The notes beneath the pieces were generated by a model. The model was not told where the DNA came from. It did not search any database and was given only the letters and a program-made list of their open reading frames with translations. 64,000 nt of DNA from Negaprion brevirostris (taxonomy: Eukaryota). Below are positions 27,491 to 44,240 of this stretch, piece by piece; position 1 is the first letter of the stretch; each line of letters opens with the position of its first letter. A program made the translations under genes and the position numbers. The stretch covers positions 19,989,270-20,053,269 of the forward strand of contig JARDVH010000143.1 of the NCBI GenBank assembly GCA_030324005.1. The letters are read 5' to 3'.

Positions 27491-29019
27491 AATGTAATTA
27501 AATGTTTGAAAATTTTGGTACATTGAACAGTGAAAGGGTTTTGTCCCACATCAGGTTGATCCATACCAAGGAATAATATCCATGTTTGTTTTGCTGTTGA
27601 TGAAATGCAGAAACATAAGTTACAGGGAAGAACGTATTTTGGAAAGTGCAGGAAGACAGAACCAGGATTACAAGTGGAATATCGAAAGATTAAATTCATT
27701 TCTCTCTCCTGCCCACACCCCTCTCTCTACACACTTATCACTAGGCATGAAAAGTTAGTTCTCAGTTGCCAATTGTCCATGCTGGAATATCAGGATTGAA
27801 ATATCAATTAAACTAAATCAAAGACACATCAAAAGTGCATGTTCNNNNNNNNNNNNNNNNNNNNNNNNNNNNNNNNNNNNNNNNNNNNNNNNNNNNNNNN
27901 NNNNNNNNNNNNNNNNNNNNNNNNNNNNNNNNNNNNNNNNNNNNCAACCCTGGAGGGGTCCCGATTGCCCTCCCTTCCTGTGGGGTGTCCCGCCAGCTCT
28001 GCGAATGTGGGGAGCTACTCTAAACCCCGCCAAAATGAAGTACTTCTGGCAGGGTGGGAGATGTTATTGGCCTGGCAAGTTCCAATCACATTTGAACTAC
28101 ATTTAAAATATATTAAAAATTTAAAGACTTTAATTACTTATCTCTCTTCCCAATGATTTCCAGCATGGTCTCAACTGTTCCTGTTCTCTGGCTCTGGGAG
28201 ATGTGCATGTGTTGGTAACGCACGTGCAAATCCCACAAAATGGCCAACACGCAAGTCTTCCGATCAGAAAATTTGTAGGTGGCAAAGGGAGAATTGCCCC
28301 CCCCGGCAACATTTCAGTGGTCATAAACCAACTATGTAATTGTATCACTTCCTCTTGCTGACTGGATGGGGTCATATGTAGGATCCCTAAATGATGACGA
28401 TATGGATTCCATTAAAAAGCACACTGAGTCTTAAGGGACCTGCTAGATAGACAAAGGCTCTATGGCCTCTTCAACAGATGTCTCTTTTCAACTATGAGTA
28501 AACTGAGAAAGGAATAAGGACAGTTGCCTGGCAGACATGGCATCAATTACTTGCTCTGCACAGCAGCAAATATAAGATTGACGAATATAAAAGATGACCT
28601 CTGTGGTGACCTCTGTTGTTTAGACACTTATGCTGCTGTGAACCTGTCACCATTGGAATCAAAAGCAGCCCCATTCTTCTGGATGTCTGTAACTCAGACT
28701 AAAGTAGGTGGCACAGATTAGTCAAGGGGCCCACTCATTCCAGTAGCATGGCATCATTTGTGGTTTGCAGTGAGTTGAACACAAGGTTCTATGTCCAATC
28801 ATACAGTTTGCATCCACTTCTAGTAAGTTGAAAAATATATCTCAACATATTTCCAAAGCATACAGGCAGGATATTACTAGTACTCCAACACTTTACTTTC
28901 TAGTCACTGACAGTGCAGAAGGAGACCATTTGTCCCATCAAGTCTGCACAATCTCTCCAATACAGCAGCTTATCCACACTCCATTCTTGGAAGGCAATAT
29001 TGAACATTTGAGAACAATG

Positions 29020-29360
29020 GTAACTTTCATTTATATACTGTTTTTAACACAGTAAAATATCCTGAGGTGCTTCAGAAGACCAATGATCAAACAAAATTAT
29101 AAAGCAGCATTAAAAGGGGTGACCAAAGGTTTAGTCAGTGAGGTAGCTTGAAAAGGGGGTCTTAAAGGGAGAGGAAGAGGTAGAGAGAGACAGAGGGATT
29201 TATTCAGGGCATTCTGGCACTAAGGCCATTGCCTTCTAAAAGCATAACAATGCAGGAGCAAAGAAAACAAGGATGTTCAAGTGGTCCGAATGGAGGAGAA
29301 TGGGAGGGGAGACACCCTGACTGAAAATTGGGATGAATTTTGAAATAAGAGAAATTAAGA
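29020..29360 (-). mobile_element. L2-clade LINE 3' end relic
   Basis: ttcatttatatactg...gaccaaaggtttagtcagtgaggtag...gtcttaaagggagagg resembles an L2 3' terminus in reverse. Confidence 0.55.
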
Positions 29361-29927
29361 ATTTCAGAATTAAGAAATGAATGAGCTTCTCGTGACTAAT
29401 TTTAGTTAACAAGGAATACAAATGACAGTATCGAAATAACCAACTTTATATCAACTTCACCAATCCCCAGTGTTTACCTATAACCAGCTGTTAGATGCAC
29501 TCCCAAATTTAAACAGGAAAGCTCACCAACACAAGAAACAGATACAATCAAAGCAGAGAACTAGTCAATGTCAAGACAATAAAAAGCAATGACATTTCTG
29601 TGCAATGCATCAACACAATTCTTGAAATAATAATGGTTCATAAACTTTTAACATTCTTAAGAAAGCAAACTGCTTTTTATATGCCAATATCCAAATCCCA
29701 TCGAAAACAATTTAACTGAGCAGAGAAAAATTCCTTAATTACTGCTATAGTCAACAACCTTCCATAAAAGAACATTAGAATTTGTAACTGTGCACAAAAA
29801 TTCACCAGATGGAACTTCTCTGAAGCATAGACACTTGCAAAGATTTAATTCAAAACATTCAGATAAAAATGACAATTTGGGAGGAAGACTCTCCAAGTGC
29901 AACAGGAATTATTGTTAGATTATGCTA

Positions 29928-30179
<252 letters not shown>

Positions 30180-30543
30180 CTACATAAAAATGCAATATTT
30201 AAATCTGCATGAAACATACATAGAATTAGAAAGTACGTGTTTGATTGTTATTTTAATAATAATTCTCAAATCATTTTCAAGATCATCAATGGCCAAAACC
30301 CCCAACCTTCATAATTAAATGGACTTTCCTTCGAGAACAAAGCTCTGCCAATCGGTGTCTGCATTCCTTCTTCCACTTTGGTCTACCTTGCAATTGTATT
30401 ATAAGTGTTTGAGGGTGGCAAATGGAATGTGAATAACTGTGAAGTTATCCACTTCCGTAGGACTAAAATACAGAATAGCAGTACTACATAATANNNNNNN
30501 NNNNNNNNNNNNNNNNNNNNNNNNNNNNNNNNNNNNNNNNNNN

Positions 30544-31320
30544 GGCCCTTCGGCCCATTGAGTCTGCACTGGCGCACAAAAGGCTCTGATCTTCCCACCT
30601 AATTCCACTGGTCAGGACTTGGCCCATAGCCTTGAATGTCACGGCGTGCCAAGCACTCATCAAGGGACTCTTGAAAGGATGTGAAGCATTCCCCCTCCAC
30701 CACCCTCCCAAGCAGTGCATTCCAGATTGTCACCACCCTCTTGTAAAAAGGTTTTTAAACTTGTAACTTGTGCCCCCTCATAACTGACCCATCCACTAAA
30801 TGGAACAGCTGCTTCCTATCCACCCTGACCGTGCCCCTCATAACCTTGAACACTTCAATCAGGTCGCCCCCTTAGTCTTCTCTGCTCCAGAGAAAACAAC
30901 CCAAGCTTATCCATCCTCTCTTTATAACTTAACGGCAAGATCCTGGTGAATCTCCTCTGCACCCCTTCCAGTGTGTTCACGTCCTCCCTAGAATGTGGCA
31001 TCCAGAATTGCACACAGTACTCCAGCTGGGGCCTCACCAAAGTTCTACACAACTCCATCGTGACCTCTCCAATTTTCTAATCTATTCCCTGATTGATAAA
31101 GACGAATGTGCCATATACCCTTTCCACCACCCTATTAACCTGCCTTTTGGCCTTCAGAGATTGATGGATAAATACACCAAGGTCCCTTTGTTCTTTGGAA
31201 CCTCCTAGTGTCAGACCTTTCACAGCATACTTCCTTGTCAAATTACTCCTTCGAAAGTGTATCACCTCACACTTAAAGTTAAATTCCATCTGTCACTTAT
31301 CCACCCATGTGACCAGCTTG
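30544..31320 (-). mobile_element. CR1-clade LINE 3' fragment
   Basis: MELCRTLVRPQLEYCVQFWMPH...LGLFSLEQRRLRG and KCEVIHF motifs. Confidence 0.88.
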
Positions 31321-31364
31321 TCTACCCAGAACATTCAATCTCATTATTAACCACCCAGCCAATT

Positions 31365-32055
31365 TACTATTTAAGTGGTAAGACATTGAGAAATGTTGAT
31401 GTTCAAAGGGACTTGGGTGTCCTTATACACAAGTCACTGAAAGCAAGCTTGGAAATGCAGCAAACTGGAAATGGTATATTGCGCTTCACTGCGAGAGGAT
31501 TTGAGTACAGCAACAAGGATGTCTTACTGCAATTGTACAGGGCATTGGTGAGGCCACACCTAGAGTACCACAGGCAGTTTTGGTCCTTACCCAAGGATGA
31601 TGCACTAGCCATAGGAGAATACAGCATTGTTATATGAGAGAACGGGCCTGTATTCACTGGAGTTAAGCAGAATGCAAGGGGACCTCATCCCAATGTTTAA
31701 AATTCGAGCAGGGCTTGAAGGCTAGATGTCGGGATGATGTTTCTTCTGGCTGGGGCTTCTCTGGAACAAGGGGTCACAGTCTCCAGATATAGAGTAGACC
31801 ATTTAGGATTGAGAGGAGACAGTTTTCACTCAAGGAGGTAGTGAACATGTGGAATTCTCCATCACAGAAAGCTACGGAAGCCAGGTCACTGAAATTTATT
31901 TCAGGAATAGATAAGTTTCTCAACTCCAAAAGGTGTCAAGTGATAGGAGGAGATTGCCGGAGTATGACATTGAGATAGAGGATCAGCAATGATCATACTG
32001 AATGGTGGGACAGATTCAAAGGGCTGAATGATCTCCTCCTGTTCTTATTTTCTAA
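31365..32055 (+). mobile_element. CR1-clade LINE 3' fragment
   Basis: QRDLGVLIHKSLK...LLQLYRALVRPHLEY; 3' end gggctgaatgatctcctcctgttcttattttct. Confidence 0.88.
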
Positions 32056-33207
32056 GTAATGTCCCAAACAAATTCCCAGTACCACATATCAGCAGCTTGC
32101 ATATTGTGCTACAGCTTTGTCAATTAGAAATATCTGTTTATTACCAGCTATCAATTGTATTGGTAGAAACTATAATCATTTAAATGTTTAAGTACTACAC
32201 TTAAAAATTGTATTTCTTCATCTGGTGATTGATAGCATCAATATTGGGTTTTTACGTTAAAAAGGTAGAAAAACAGATTGCATCTTGTTTAATGGACTGC
32301 TGAGCTGAGTGCACGTTGAACATATCTGTTGACTAATATGTCTGACCTCAATTATACTCCTTTTGAGCAAATGCAGGATTTAGTAACTTTACACAGAAAT
32401 AATTGCAATTATGGATGAACAAACTTAGCTAGAACAGTTGAATGTTTAGGCTCTGTGCTCTACTCTATGAGATACATTGCTGAAAATTGCAGGCACTTCA
32501 GCTAAATCCATGTTTTGTTTTGTTTTGTTTAAAGCAACTTAATACTCAAATGTCTGACCTAGAGATAGCAAACTGAAATGGTAGCAAAGGTTGAGCAGAG
32601 GAAACTGATTTTAAAGTCAAAAAATTATACTTCTTTCTAAAAAAAAAAGTACTATTGTAATCAATATTGAGATTTCACTCAAAACGTTAAACAGGATTAT
32701 TAGTAATCTACAATCCCACATTAAATAACTTGGCTGAGTTTCCTATGAAAATCAGCCCGAGATGCCACAGAATTCAAGAGGCCTGAGTTATTTTTAAATG
32801 TGATGCTTCATTACTTGATTAAAATGTTACAAGCTGAAATTAGTAAAAACCATTGGATAGAATGTGGTTTATGTTTAAAACTTTAATGATTTGACTGAAC
32901 ATAAAATGATGCCAGAATCCTAGCTCATTTACATCGAGAAATATGTACATATGTCTAGCCAGCTTTGAACAAAAAATGCAAAATTATTAAAAACAATATG
33001 AAAAATACCATTGCCTTGAGTTTGACTTCTATCATTTTGTTTCAGAGTTTCATTGGTCCTTTATAGTACTCTAGCATCAGTTAAACGGTTTATAATCATT
33101 GTCTATAAAAGAATGATGAGTTTTGTTTTCTCAGAAATCCTTGATTTACGTTAATCTAATTGATAAGGACATTAAAATGCCACCACAAAATCTAGAAATG
33201 TACTTAC

Positions 33208-33233
33208 AGGCTTCGGCTGTGGTGCAGTACTCA
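33208..33233 (-). CDS. SRPK1: SRPK 26-nt microexon (exon 9 equivalent)
   Basis: cttgtag|TG AGT ACT GCA CCA CAG CCG AAG CCT|gtaagt = VSTAPQPKP, matching SRPK1; needed to restore the frame between the flanking exons. Confidence 0.93.
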
Positions 33234-34130
33234 CTACAAGTGGGAAGAAAATACAAAAGTTAAGATAAAATGTGCTTTACCCAACTTCAGCAAATTGGCT
33301 GATTAAATTCCCTGAAAAGAAACCATCTCAAACAGCATAGAGTAAACCAAGTTGATAGCGCAGAAAGTCAAAGATCGTTTTCCCTTAATATATTTTGATA
33401 CTGTGACCTGGGCCACAAAATAAACAGTCCTAATCAATGTGGCTTTTGATGGTGCAGCGGANNNNNNNNNNNNNNNNATATAGTGCTATGAGCATGTGAT
33501 AATATTTTCCTAGCAGAGACAAAGGGTAGCATTTTGGATTCATTAGGCATTCTTCACATGAAGGCTTCTTTTCCCCCTCCTAGATAACAGTTAAATTCCT
33601 GCAGCATTCACCAGCCAATAGCAGTGTCTACCTTTTCATATAGGTAAAGATGGAAAAGCAGCATCTCAAGTGGAGATACAGCTGGGACAGAATTGGAATA
33701 ACAGGTGCAATTTCATGCACAATTATTGGGTTGGAACAATTCAGATCACCAAGATATTCCCAATGATTGAAGGCCATCATTATCATCTTAAAGAAATCTG
33801 GTTAGTCATCGGGAAAGAAAAGATTTAGGGGGTATTATGTAGAAGCATTCATAATTAAAAGGGTATGAGAATAAGTAGTAGAAAATAATTGCTGCAGGTC
33901 AGTGAGCTGAAACAGATGCATAAAATACAAGATTAATATGAGAAGCCAAGGAAAATGCCATTTTTCTTTTGTTTTGATTACCAAAACTAAGCAAATTGTG
34001 AAATTTAAGAGGGAATTAGATAAATATTTGAAGAAAACTATAAAATGGCATAGAAAAAAGATCTTGGAAATAAAGTACTGAAAGTTTGGAGGACTGCCAC
34101 AGTATGATAAATGGTCTTCTCTTAAATTTA

Positions 34131-34334
<204 letters not shown>

Positions 34335-34719
34335 CTAGTAGCAATTTTAACAAAAAGTTTGAATGTTGCACAATACCAGTATATATTTATAAGTGAACCC
34401 TGATTCTCTTTTCAGAAATTCAATACATGGAATTTATAATGCAAGTTATATCCTTACAACTATTATTAGCATGCAAAGCAACACCTGAAACTTGAAGCTA
34501 TCATTCAGCTTTAGATGTAGGTGCACCTGTTCATCTTTTTGCAAATCTTCAAATATTAAAATGAGCCTATCTTTTGGCTTACTCAATTCATATTCAAGTT
34601 CATCACATCATGTACAAGAAACAAAAATAGCAAAATCTTCATCAAACAAACAGAATGGAATTTCATACTGAAAATATCAAACTTGCGTCATCAAATTCTC
34701 TGGAAAAAAAAACACCAGA

Positions 34720-35130
34720 AGTCTCAAATGCTTTAAGGCAAAGTAGCATTATTTGAAATGTGATCATTGCTATAATGCAGGAAATACAGCAGCCAATTTG
34801 CACACAGCAAATGCCCAAAAAGGGCAATGTGGTAATTACCAGATTATCTATTTGAGTGGTTAACATAAATATTGTAAATAAAGAAATATTGCCAACGTCA
34901 CCAGTGACAATGGCATTGCCCTTCTTTGAAATAGTGCTGCAAGGTATTTTATTTCCACTCAAGTGGGCAGACTCTGTTCAATATGGCACCCAAAGGGCAA
35001 CGCTTCCAACATTTGTTCATTTATTATAACACTGGAGTCTCGGCCTTGATTTTACACACAGGTCCTAGAGTAGGGCTTGACCCCACAACCTTCTGACTCA
35101 AGTAAGGCTGCTACCAGCTGAGACACAGCT
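34720..35130 (-). mobile_element. Deu-domain SINE (SacSINE1/AmnSINE-like)
   Basis: cttgaccccacaaccttctgactca head, cttctttgaaatagtgc central domain and gcagccaatttgcacacagcaa tail. Confidence 0.7.
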
Positions 35131-35731
35131 GATGCTGACTGTCGCAAAGTTCTAGATTATATAACAAAACTAAAATTCCAAAAAGGTAATGTTGCATATT
35201 TCATTTAAGTCAAGCCCATTGCAATTTTAAATTTGGTAACAAAAATAAAAAGTACTTACCTAGATTAACCTTACCAACATATCATATTCTAATATAATTT
35301 ACATTTCACTCATCGGCAGAATTAGCAACATGTAAACCAAAGAAACATGCACTTCAAGAAATTGGAATGCTGCAGCCCAGAAGCAAATATTTTCAAGGAA
35401 CACAAGATAATGTAAATATTGAACTTCTGATTATAGATTACAGCATGAAATTAACAATGCTATCCAAGTTTCTGCAGTTTACACAACTATATTTTACAGC
35501 TAACTTCCAAGGGCCCTTACACCAAATTTACCACAAACCTCTTAATACTGTGCAAGGAAATATATGTTCGTACTGGTAATCAGAAAAATGAACAAAAACT
35601 AACCACAATTACCACAAGAGGGAGCATTATACAGCATAAAATTCAGTCAGCTGCTATTACAGCTTACTTTTTCCATTAGTCTTCTAAAGAGAGCTCTGAG
35701 CTTAGATTTGCAAATTCTCCCATTTGCTTCA

Positions 35732-37748
<2,017 letters not shown>

Positions 37749-39448
37749 TCACTGCTCAACCAGCTGTTTCCTATTGCAGATTACTTTTGTACATAATGGC
37801 ATTTCAGTTTATAGAAACATGGGCTCATCAGTGCAGGCAGATTATCTGTAAAGCCCAGGAGACAAAATATGTGGAACAAGCTCAAATCATAACAATTACA
37901 AACTATTAGAGCTTTTTGGACTTGCTGCATATATAAATTAATATCTAAATGCTTATTAAATCAATGAAAAATTCACTTGATTTTTAAGTGCTTTTCAAGC
38001 AGAAGGCCAACATCCCCAAGGAATCTCTGTTGGATCAGATCTATGCTCTCATTTATATTTATAATATTTTGAAATACAATCAAGATATGCTGTCATAGCT
38101 ATTTTGTTATCTATCATAGCTAGTTCAAGAGGAAATATTTGAGCCAAAAGAATGTAATTCCTGTCAGATTACTGCTCATGCTCTTGATGCCAAAGCTGAT
38201 ATATGAACATTGTTCTAACTATGCCTTAAAAAAGCATTCTTCATGCAAGTTTAAATATAGATGCTTCAATTAAAAAAATAACTACTGGAGAGAAGATAAA
38301 TGTCCCCAATCTCAAAATTAACTTGATTACCTTGCAATGTTCATGCAGAAGACAACTTTGCCCTCAGCCGGTTGTCATTTAATTAGAATAAAGTTGATCT
38401 GTATGTCAAGTCCTCCATTCCGTTTCTTGATGGCCTTAGCTAATACAAGATTTGCAGTCTCGTACTTAAAACTTACATTTGTTGTATCGTTCGTAGCCTT
38501 TTGTGGGGGTAGGCGAGAGAGATATGTTTCAGATTTCCACAACCCTTTAAGTGAAGTGTTTCCTAACTTCACTCTCGAATGATCTAGTTCGAATTTTAAA
38601 GGTAATGCCTTCTTACATTTCTCAAAGGAAATAATTTCTCTAACTACCCTATTAAATTATTTTATTTTTAAAGATAGATTACATCCCCGTCACCCTCCCA
38701 TTGACTGTGTTGTATGACTCCCAAGGCCAAAATATCCTTTAAGGTTTAGTGCTCAAAACCAAGCACAGTATTATATGCTGTCTGGCCAAGACTCTGTACG
38801 ACAACCATACAAGATTTACACTTTGAGAAACATATTGCATCTTGACCTATTTGTAGACCTTTGCCATTTTGGTGACGTTAGCAAGCAAGATTCAAAACTG
38901 AAGTATGCTTTTTAAAGAAATGTTTATAATGGAGTATCGAGCTCTCTTCACTTATGAATGTGAACTTCCTGCCTCACATCAGGGCTCGCAACTTTTATAC
39001 AGCCTGATGCCCTACAATGATATTATAATTATTTCTAGGATGCCAAAAATATAATCTAGGACTCGGTACACACCAAAGTTCCAAGATATGTATTGCATGG
39101 AGTTCTGGTTCAGGTGGTTAACTATGTTTTGGATCTCACTAGAAAATGTAGCGGGATTTCTTGCAATTCTGGTTATAGTTGCCTGCGTTTGCTCCTGGGC
39201 AGGTGTTTGGAAAAACCAGTCAACTCCAATAAACGTTACTACTCCTCACCTTTTCATTACAATCAGAACAAAAAGATCTCTCATTTAAAGTGATATAATC
39301 AGTAGGATAAAAAAAAAATCATTGTATAAGTAGAAATTATCATCGTAACAATGCCATGGACTTGCACAACCTGTCACAATGACCAAATCAACAGGGTCAA
39401 GGTTAGCAGTTGGGTTTAAGAGCCTTTATTATAATGGTGCTGTCATTA

Positions 39449-39571
<123 letters not shown>

Positions 39572-40247
39572 TCAAGAGGAGCAGTTTAATAATTCTTTCA
39601 ATACAACAATGATGTAGAAGTAATCTTCCATTTTTGATCATATTAAACATGATTAAGCTTCTCTCGAGCTGAAATTTTTTTTAAAATTGAAAACATATCT
39701 TGCGCTCGTGCTTTAATTTCAAGTACAGATAATACATAGGAAACTCAAACCTTCTCTCCTACTCAATTTCAACTGAATCAAACAAAAGTACACGAGTTTG
39801 GATTTGTTCAGTTATTTTAGCTGTGAGATAATCACAGACAAATGACCTCTCATTTAGCTTCCACAATGGATTATAAACCGTGTGTGTATTAGATGACTCA
39901 GTAGGACACCATCAGAGTCATTTGTAACCAAGACTACATTTTAGGGCTTCAACAAAGAGTTTGCACTTTCCCCAAATCATGAGTCATATGCATCAAGGCT
40001 GCTTTCGACAAAAGCAAAATTGCAGCACTATAGTGTGAAGTTAAGCCATCCATTCTAGAAATTTGCCATGAGGTTATACCATTAAATATGGTTGGTCCAG
40101 ACTCGGCTACCATTCATCACGAGTTTCATGCCATTGAACTCCAAACCATAAAAAGGTCAGCAGCACAAACAGCTTAAAACCACAAACATAGAAACCACCA
40201 CAGAAAAAATTGTTATTGATATAAATAACTTAGTTAAACATGACTTA

Positions 40248-40457
<210 letters not shown>

Positions 40458-41667
40458 TTATTGCAAAATATAAAAAGTTTAAGATGCATTTAGTGAAACA
40501 CATCATAACCTGAGCAGAGTGTAATTTCACAGCACAGCAGACAATTCAGCCCTTTGATCATGCTTAATCTGTATCGTGACTCCAATTATCCACCTCTGCT
40601 TCATATCCCTTGATTCGCTTATTAACAATGTTTGCGGAGATGGTGGAGATTGAACCCAGGGCATATGGAGCAATGCGAGGAAATCACATGAAGATACCCA
40701 TTAAATAAAACAATATTGAGATAGACATTATATCTGCTCTCCTCCCAAACTGCACAAAACCCATAAACTGGAGCCACTACACCAAGTCAAACTGAAAGTA
40801 AATACTTATTAGCAGGGTAGAGTTTCTGCCTTGGGCATAATCAGCAATCCAGATGTGAATAGCACTGGTTTAGAGAGTCTTTTTGTTTAAGTTTAGCTTC
40901 ACTCACTTGCGAATTGTTGAATGCAAAATCTCTCATGAACTAGTGCAACTAAACAACTTTTTAAAAACAAATGCATTAGAATATTTTTCTCAAAGCAGAA
41001 CTTTAATAAAATATTAAGAGTGGTAACTCAATGCAGTTTGATTAACACAGCTGACAATTGGTTTAATAAGTGTTACTGTATCAGTCTACCATCTATCTGC
41101 ATGTACTATTAAAATGACTTGGAAAAAGTCACCTTGAAGTACATTAATCAATTGTTTAGTGAACGAAACAAAAATTCAAAGATTTAAAAAGAATCCAAAA
41201 CTGTTGAGCTTAATTAACAGAACCCCTTCCGAATGGTGATTAATTTGTCCTGGGACAGGGTTGGCTTTGTGGGTAGGGCCAAATGCAAGCACAAGTTCTT
41301 TAAAGCTAATGTGAAAGATTGCATTAGTTTGCTCTTTAAAATTTCAATATTTTGGACTGACTTCACTAGATATTGGATGAACTAAGCCATTAACTGGGTG
41401 GTAATTATTTTCCACTATGACTTGTATGATGGAATTCTAAAAATGCAATGATTCTTATCCCAGATGAAAGAAAATCAGCCTTGGGAAAAACTGCAGGCAA
41501 GTCTCAAGGATCCGCCCATCTCTCAAGGCTCCAAATCAAACATAGCTCAGCTGTAATAAGTGTTTGCAAATCGGTAACTCCCGGTCAAAAGTAACACCAA
41601 TGTATCATATCCTTATACTTTCTTGTTAGAAAAACAGGTTCACACAGGCTTAAATAGTGATGATATT

Positions 41668-42158
41668 ATAGAATCCCTACAGTACAGGAGATCATCAGCT
41701 CACTGAGCCTGTATCAACAACCACACCCAGGCCCCATCCCTGCAACCCCACGCATTCACCCCGCCAATTGCCTCGACACCAAGGGCAACTATGGTTGATT
41801 AACCATGTTAAATTAACCCTAGTGTCAGGGGATTAGCAGGGTAAAATATGTGGGATTATGGAAATAGAGCCCTGGGTAGGATTGTGGTTAGTGCAGACTC
41901 AATAGACTGAATGGTCTCCTCCTCCAATGTAGGGATTCAATGACTCTATGAAGCTGGCCAATCCTCCCAACCCACACATCCTCGGTCTCTAAGGGGCAAT
42001 TTAGCATGGCCAATCCACTTAAACTGCACGTTTGGATTGTGGGAGTAAACCAGAGCACCTGCAGGAAACTCGTGCAGACACTGGGAGAATCCAAGGCCAG
42101 AACTGAAGGGTCCCTGATGCTGTGAGGCAGCAATGCCAACCACTGTGCCACCATCCTG
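41668..42158. mobile_element. Cluster of three HE1 SINE pieces in (-), (+), (-) orientation
   Basis: About 41668-41790 tail (-), 41791-41951 3' half (+), 41952-42158 5' half (-). Confidence 0.8.
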
Positions 42159-42764
42159 CTCAAATTATTATCCCATATTATTAGTGAAAAACTAAAATTG
42201 GGAAATAGTCATGGGCTAACTGGATAGAGTTTAAAAATAGCTTGTACACAGCAGGACATCAATGGAAAACTCTCAAACCAACAAAATTAGTCTCACAAAA
42301 TTCAAATAGCTTGAGTTTTGTCTTTGGCACAGAAACTAAAACAGCATAGTAAAATAGTCAAGTTTAAAGTTAAAAAAATGATAAACTAGTGACAGGCAGA
42401 AAGGTACACAGCTGGTACCTCTTCCTGAAATCTTGAAATAAATGTCCCCTTATTAAAAAAGGAAATTACTGGCACATTTAATGGTATCTACAAATTGAGC
42501 TGTATATTTTGGTTACCCCCAAGGTTCTTTGACATTTTTTGAATCAAATTTCTGTACTTGCTGTAAAAAATGTGTTTTCTGGATGACATAATGAATCAGG
42601 GTCAATGTGACTGGCTAATATAACTTGCGCTCAGAAAATTCACTAGAATGGCACATGGATTTATTTCTTCAGATGGCTTTATTACAGCAGCCATCTATTT
42701 AAGAGGTGATGTTGTAAGCACAAAGCAACTCAGTTACTTTTCCATGCTACTATACGTTGAGTCA

Positions 42765-44240
42765 CAGACCATAAGGTGTAGGAGCAGATACAGGCCATCT
42801 GACCCATTGAGTCTGCCCTGCCATTCAATGAGATGACGACTGATCTAATACAATCCTGAACTTCACTTGCCTCACTTATCTATATAGCCCTTGATGCCCT
42901 CTCTAATTACAAATCTGTTTATCTCAGTCTTGAACATACTTAAATGACTCAGCCTCTTCTGTGCTCTGTGGTAAAGAAGTCCACAGATTTATTACCCACA
43001 GAGAAGATGGACGAAGAGGAAATTCTTAACTGGGTGACCACTTACTGTGAGATTACACCCTCTGGTCCTAGACCTACATGGGAAAAACAATCTGCCCTGT
43101 CAAGAACCCCCCCGCCCCACTCAAGACTATGTCTCAATAAAGTCTTGATTCATTCTTCTAAACGAGTACAGGCCCAACCTACTCAACCTCATTTGATAAT
43201 AAAATCCCTCCAATACTCAGGATCAATCTAGTGAACCTTCTCTGCAGTGTCTCTAATGCTTTCCTTAGATAAGGTGAACAAAACTGTTCATTGTATTCCA
43301 GGCGTGGTTAAACTAGTGCCTTCTATCATTTTAGCAAAAATTTATTTTTATACTCCATTCCCTTTGGAATAAAGGCTAACATGCATGAGAACCCCCAAAT
43401 CCCTGTGCCACACTTTTCTGCATTCTTTCTCACGAAACCCAAGCACTCAGTTCCTTTATCCTTCCTGCCAAAGTGCATAACTTCATAGTTTCCTACATTA
43501 TATTGCATCTGCCAAGTATTACTAATTTAAGGATTATGATGTCTGTAGCTGCTTCCTTTAATATCCTAGGGTGCAACCCATCCAGTGCAGGGGACCTATC
43601 GGTCTTTAGCTTCTCTAGTAATTCTGCCTCATGAAAGTCATTTCACCTCCCCACTCCCCACTGTATTTTGGAATGTTAGTGCCTGTCACCATGAAGACTG
43701 ATGCAAAGTATTTCTTTAATTCCTCTGCCATTTCCTGGCTTCCCATTATTTCCCCAGCCTCACTCCCTAAGGGGCCTATGTTCACTTTGGCCTCTTTTAT
43801 ATAAATTTAAAATAGCTCTTGCTCTCCATTTTTATATTACTTGCTAGTTTACTCTCAGTTTATCTTCTTCCTCTTTTTTGTAATCTTTTGTAATTTTTAA
43901 AATGTTCCCAATCCCACGATTTACCACTAATCTTTGCCATATTGTGCTTTTTCTGTTCAGTTCATTATCCTCAAGTTCCGTGGCCTTCCATGTTTGATTT
44001 ATCCCCTTCCTAGAATCCTTCTTCAGTGGGATACATCTTTGCTGAGAGTCATTAACTAGCTGCTCAACTGTCTTTCCTGCTAATTCCTTTCTCAGTCCAC
44101 TCCAGCCAACTCTGGCCTCATTCCTTTATAATTACCCTTATTTAATTGCAGTTGCTTCTGACCCAAGTTTCTCACTCATTCTGAGAGCTAAATTCTACTA
44201 TGTTATGGTCACTGTTTCCTAGGGGATCTTGTACTCAGAC
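42765..44240 (-). mobile_element. CR1-clade LINE, internally deleted
   Basis: 3' tail cataaggtgtaggagcagatacaggccat; EVMHFGRK motif; upstream ORF2 relic extending to about 44240. Confidence 0.8.

Noticed and set aside
27945-28310. GC-richer segment with MITE-like ends (a similar small one lies at about 26075-26192)
   Set aside because: Truncated by a gap; terminal inverted repeats and family could not be established from sequence alone
28651-28686. Possible 36-nt phase 1-1 mini spacer exon (DIQKNGAAFDSN)
   Set aside because: Weak splice sites (gagttacag / gtgaca) and no recognisable homology; consistent with chance
40632-40675. tRNA-like 3' half on the - strand (ggagatggtggagattgaacccagggc)
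   Set aside because: Only a B-box/T-arm remnant; no cloverleaf can be built, so it is not called a tRNA
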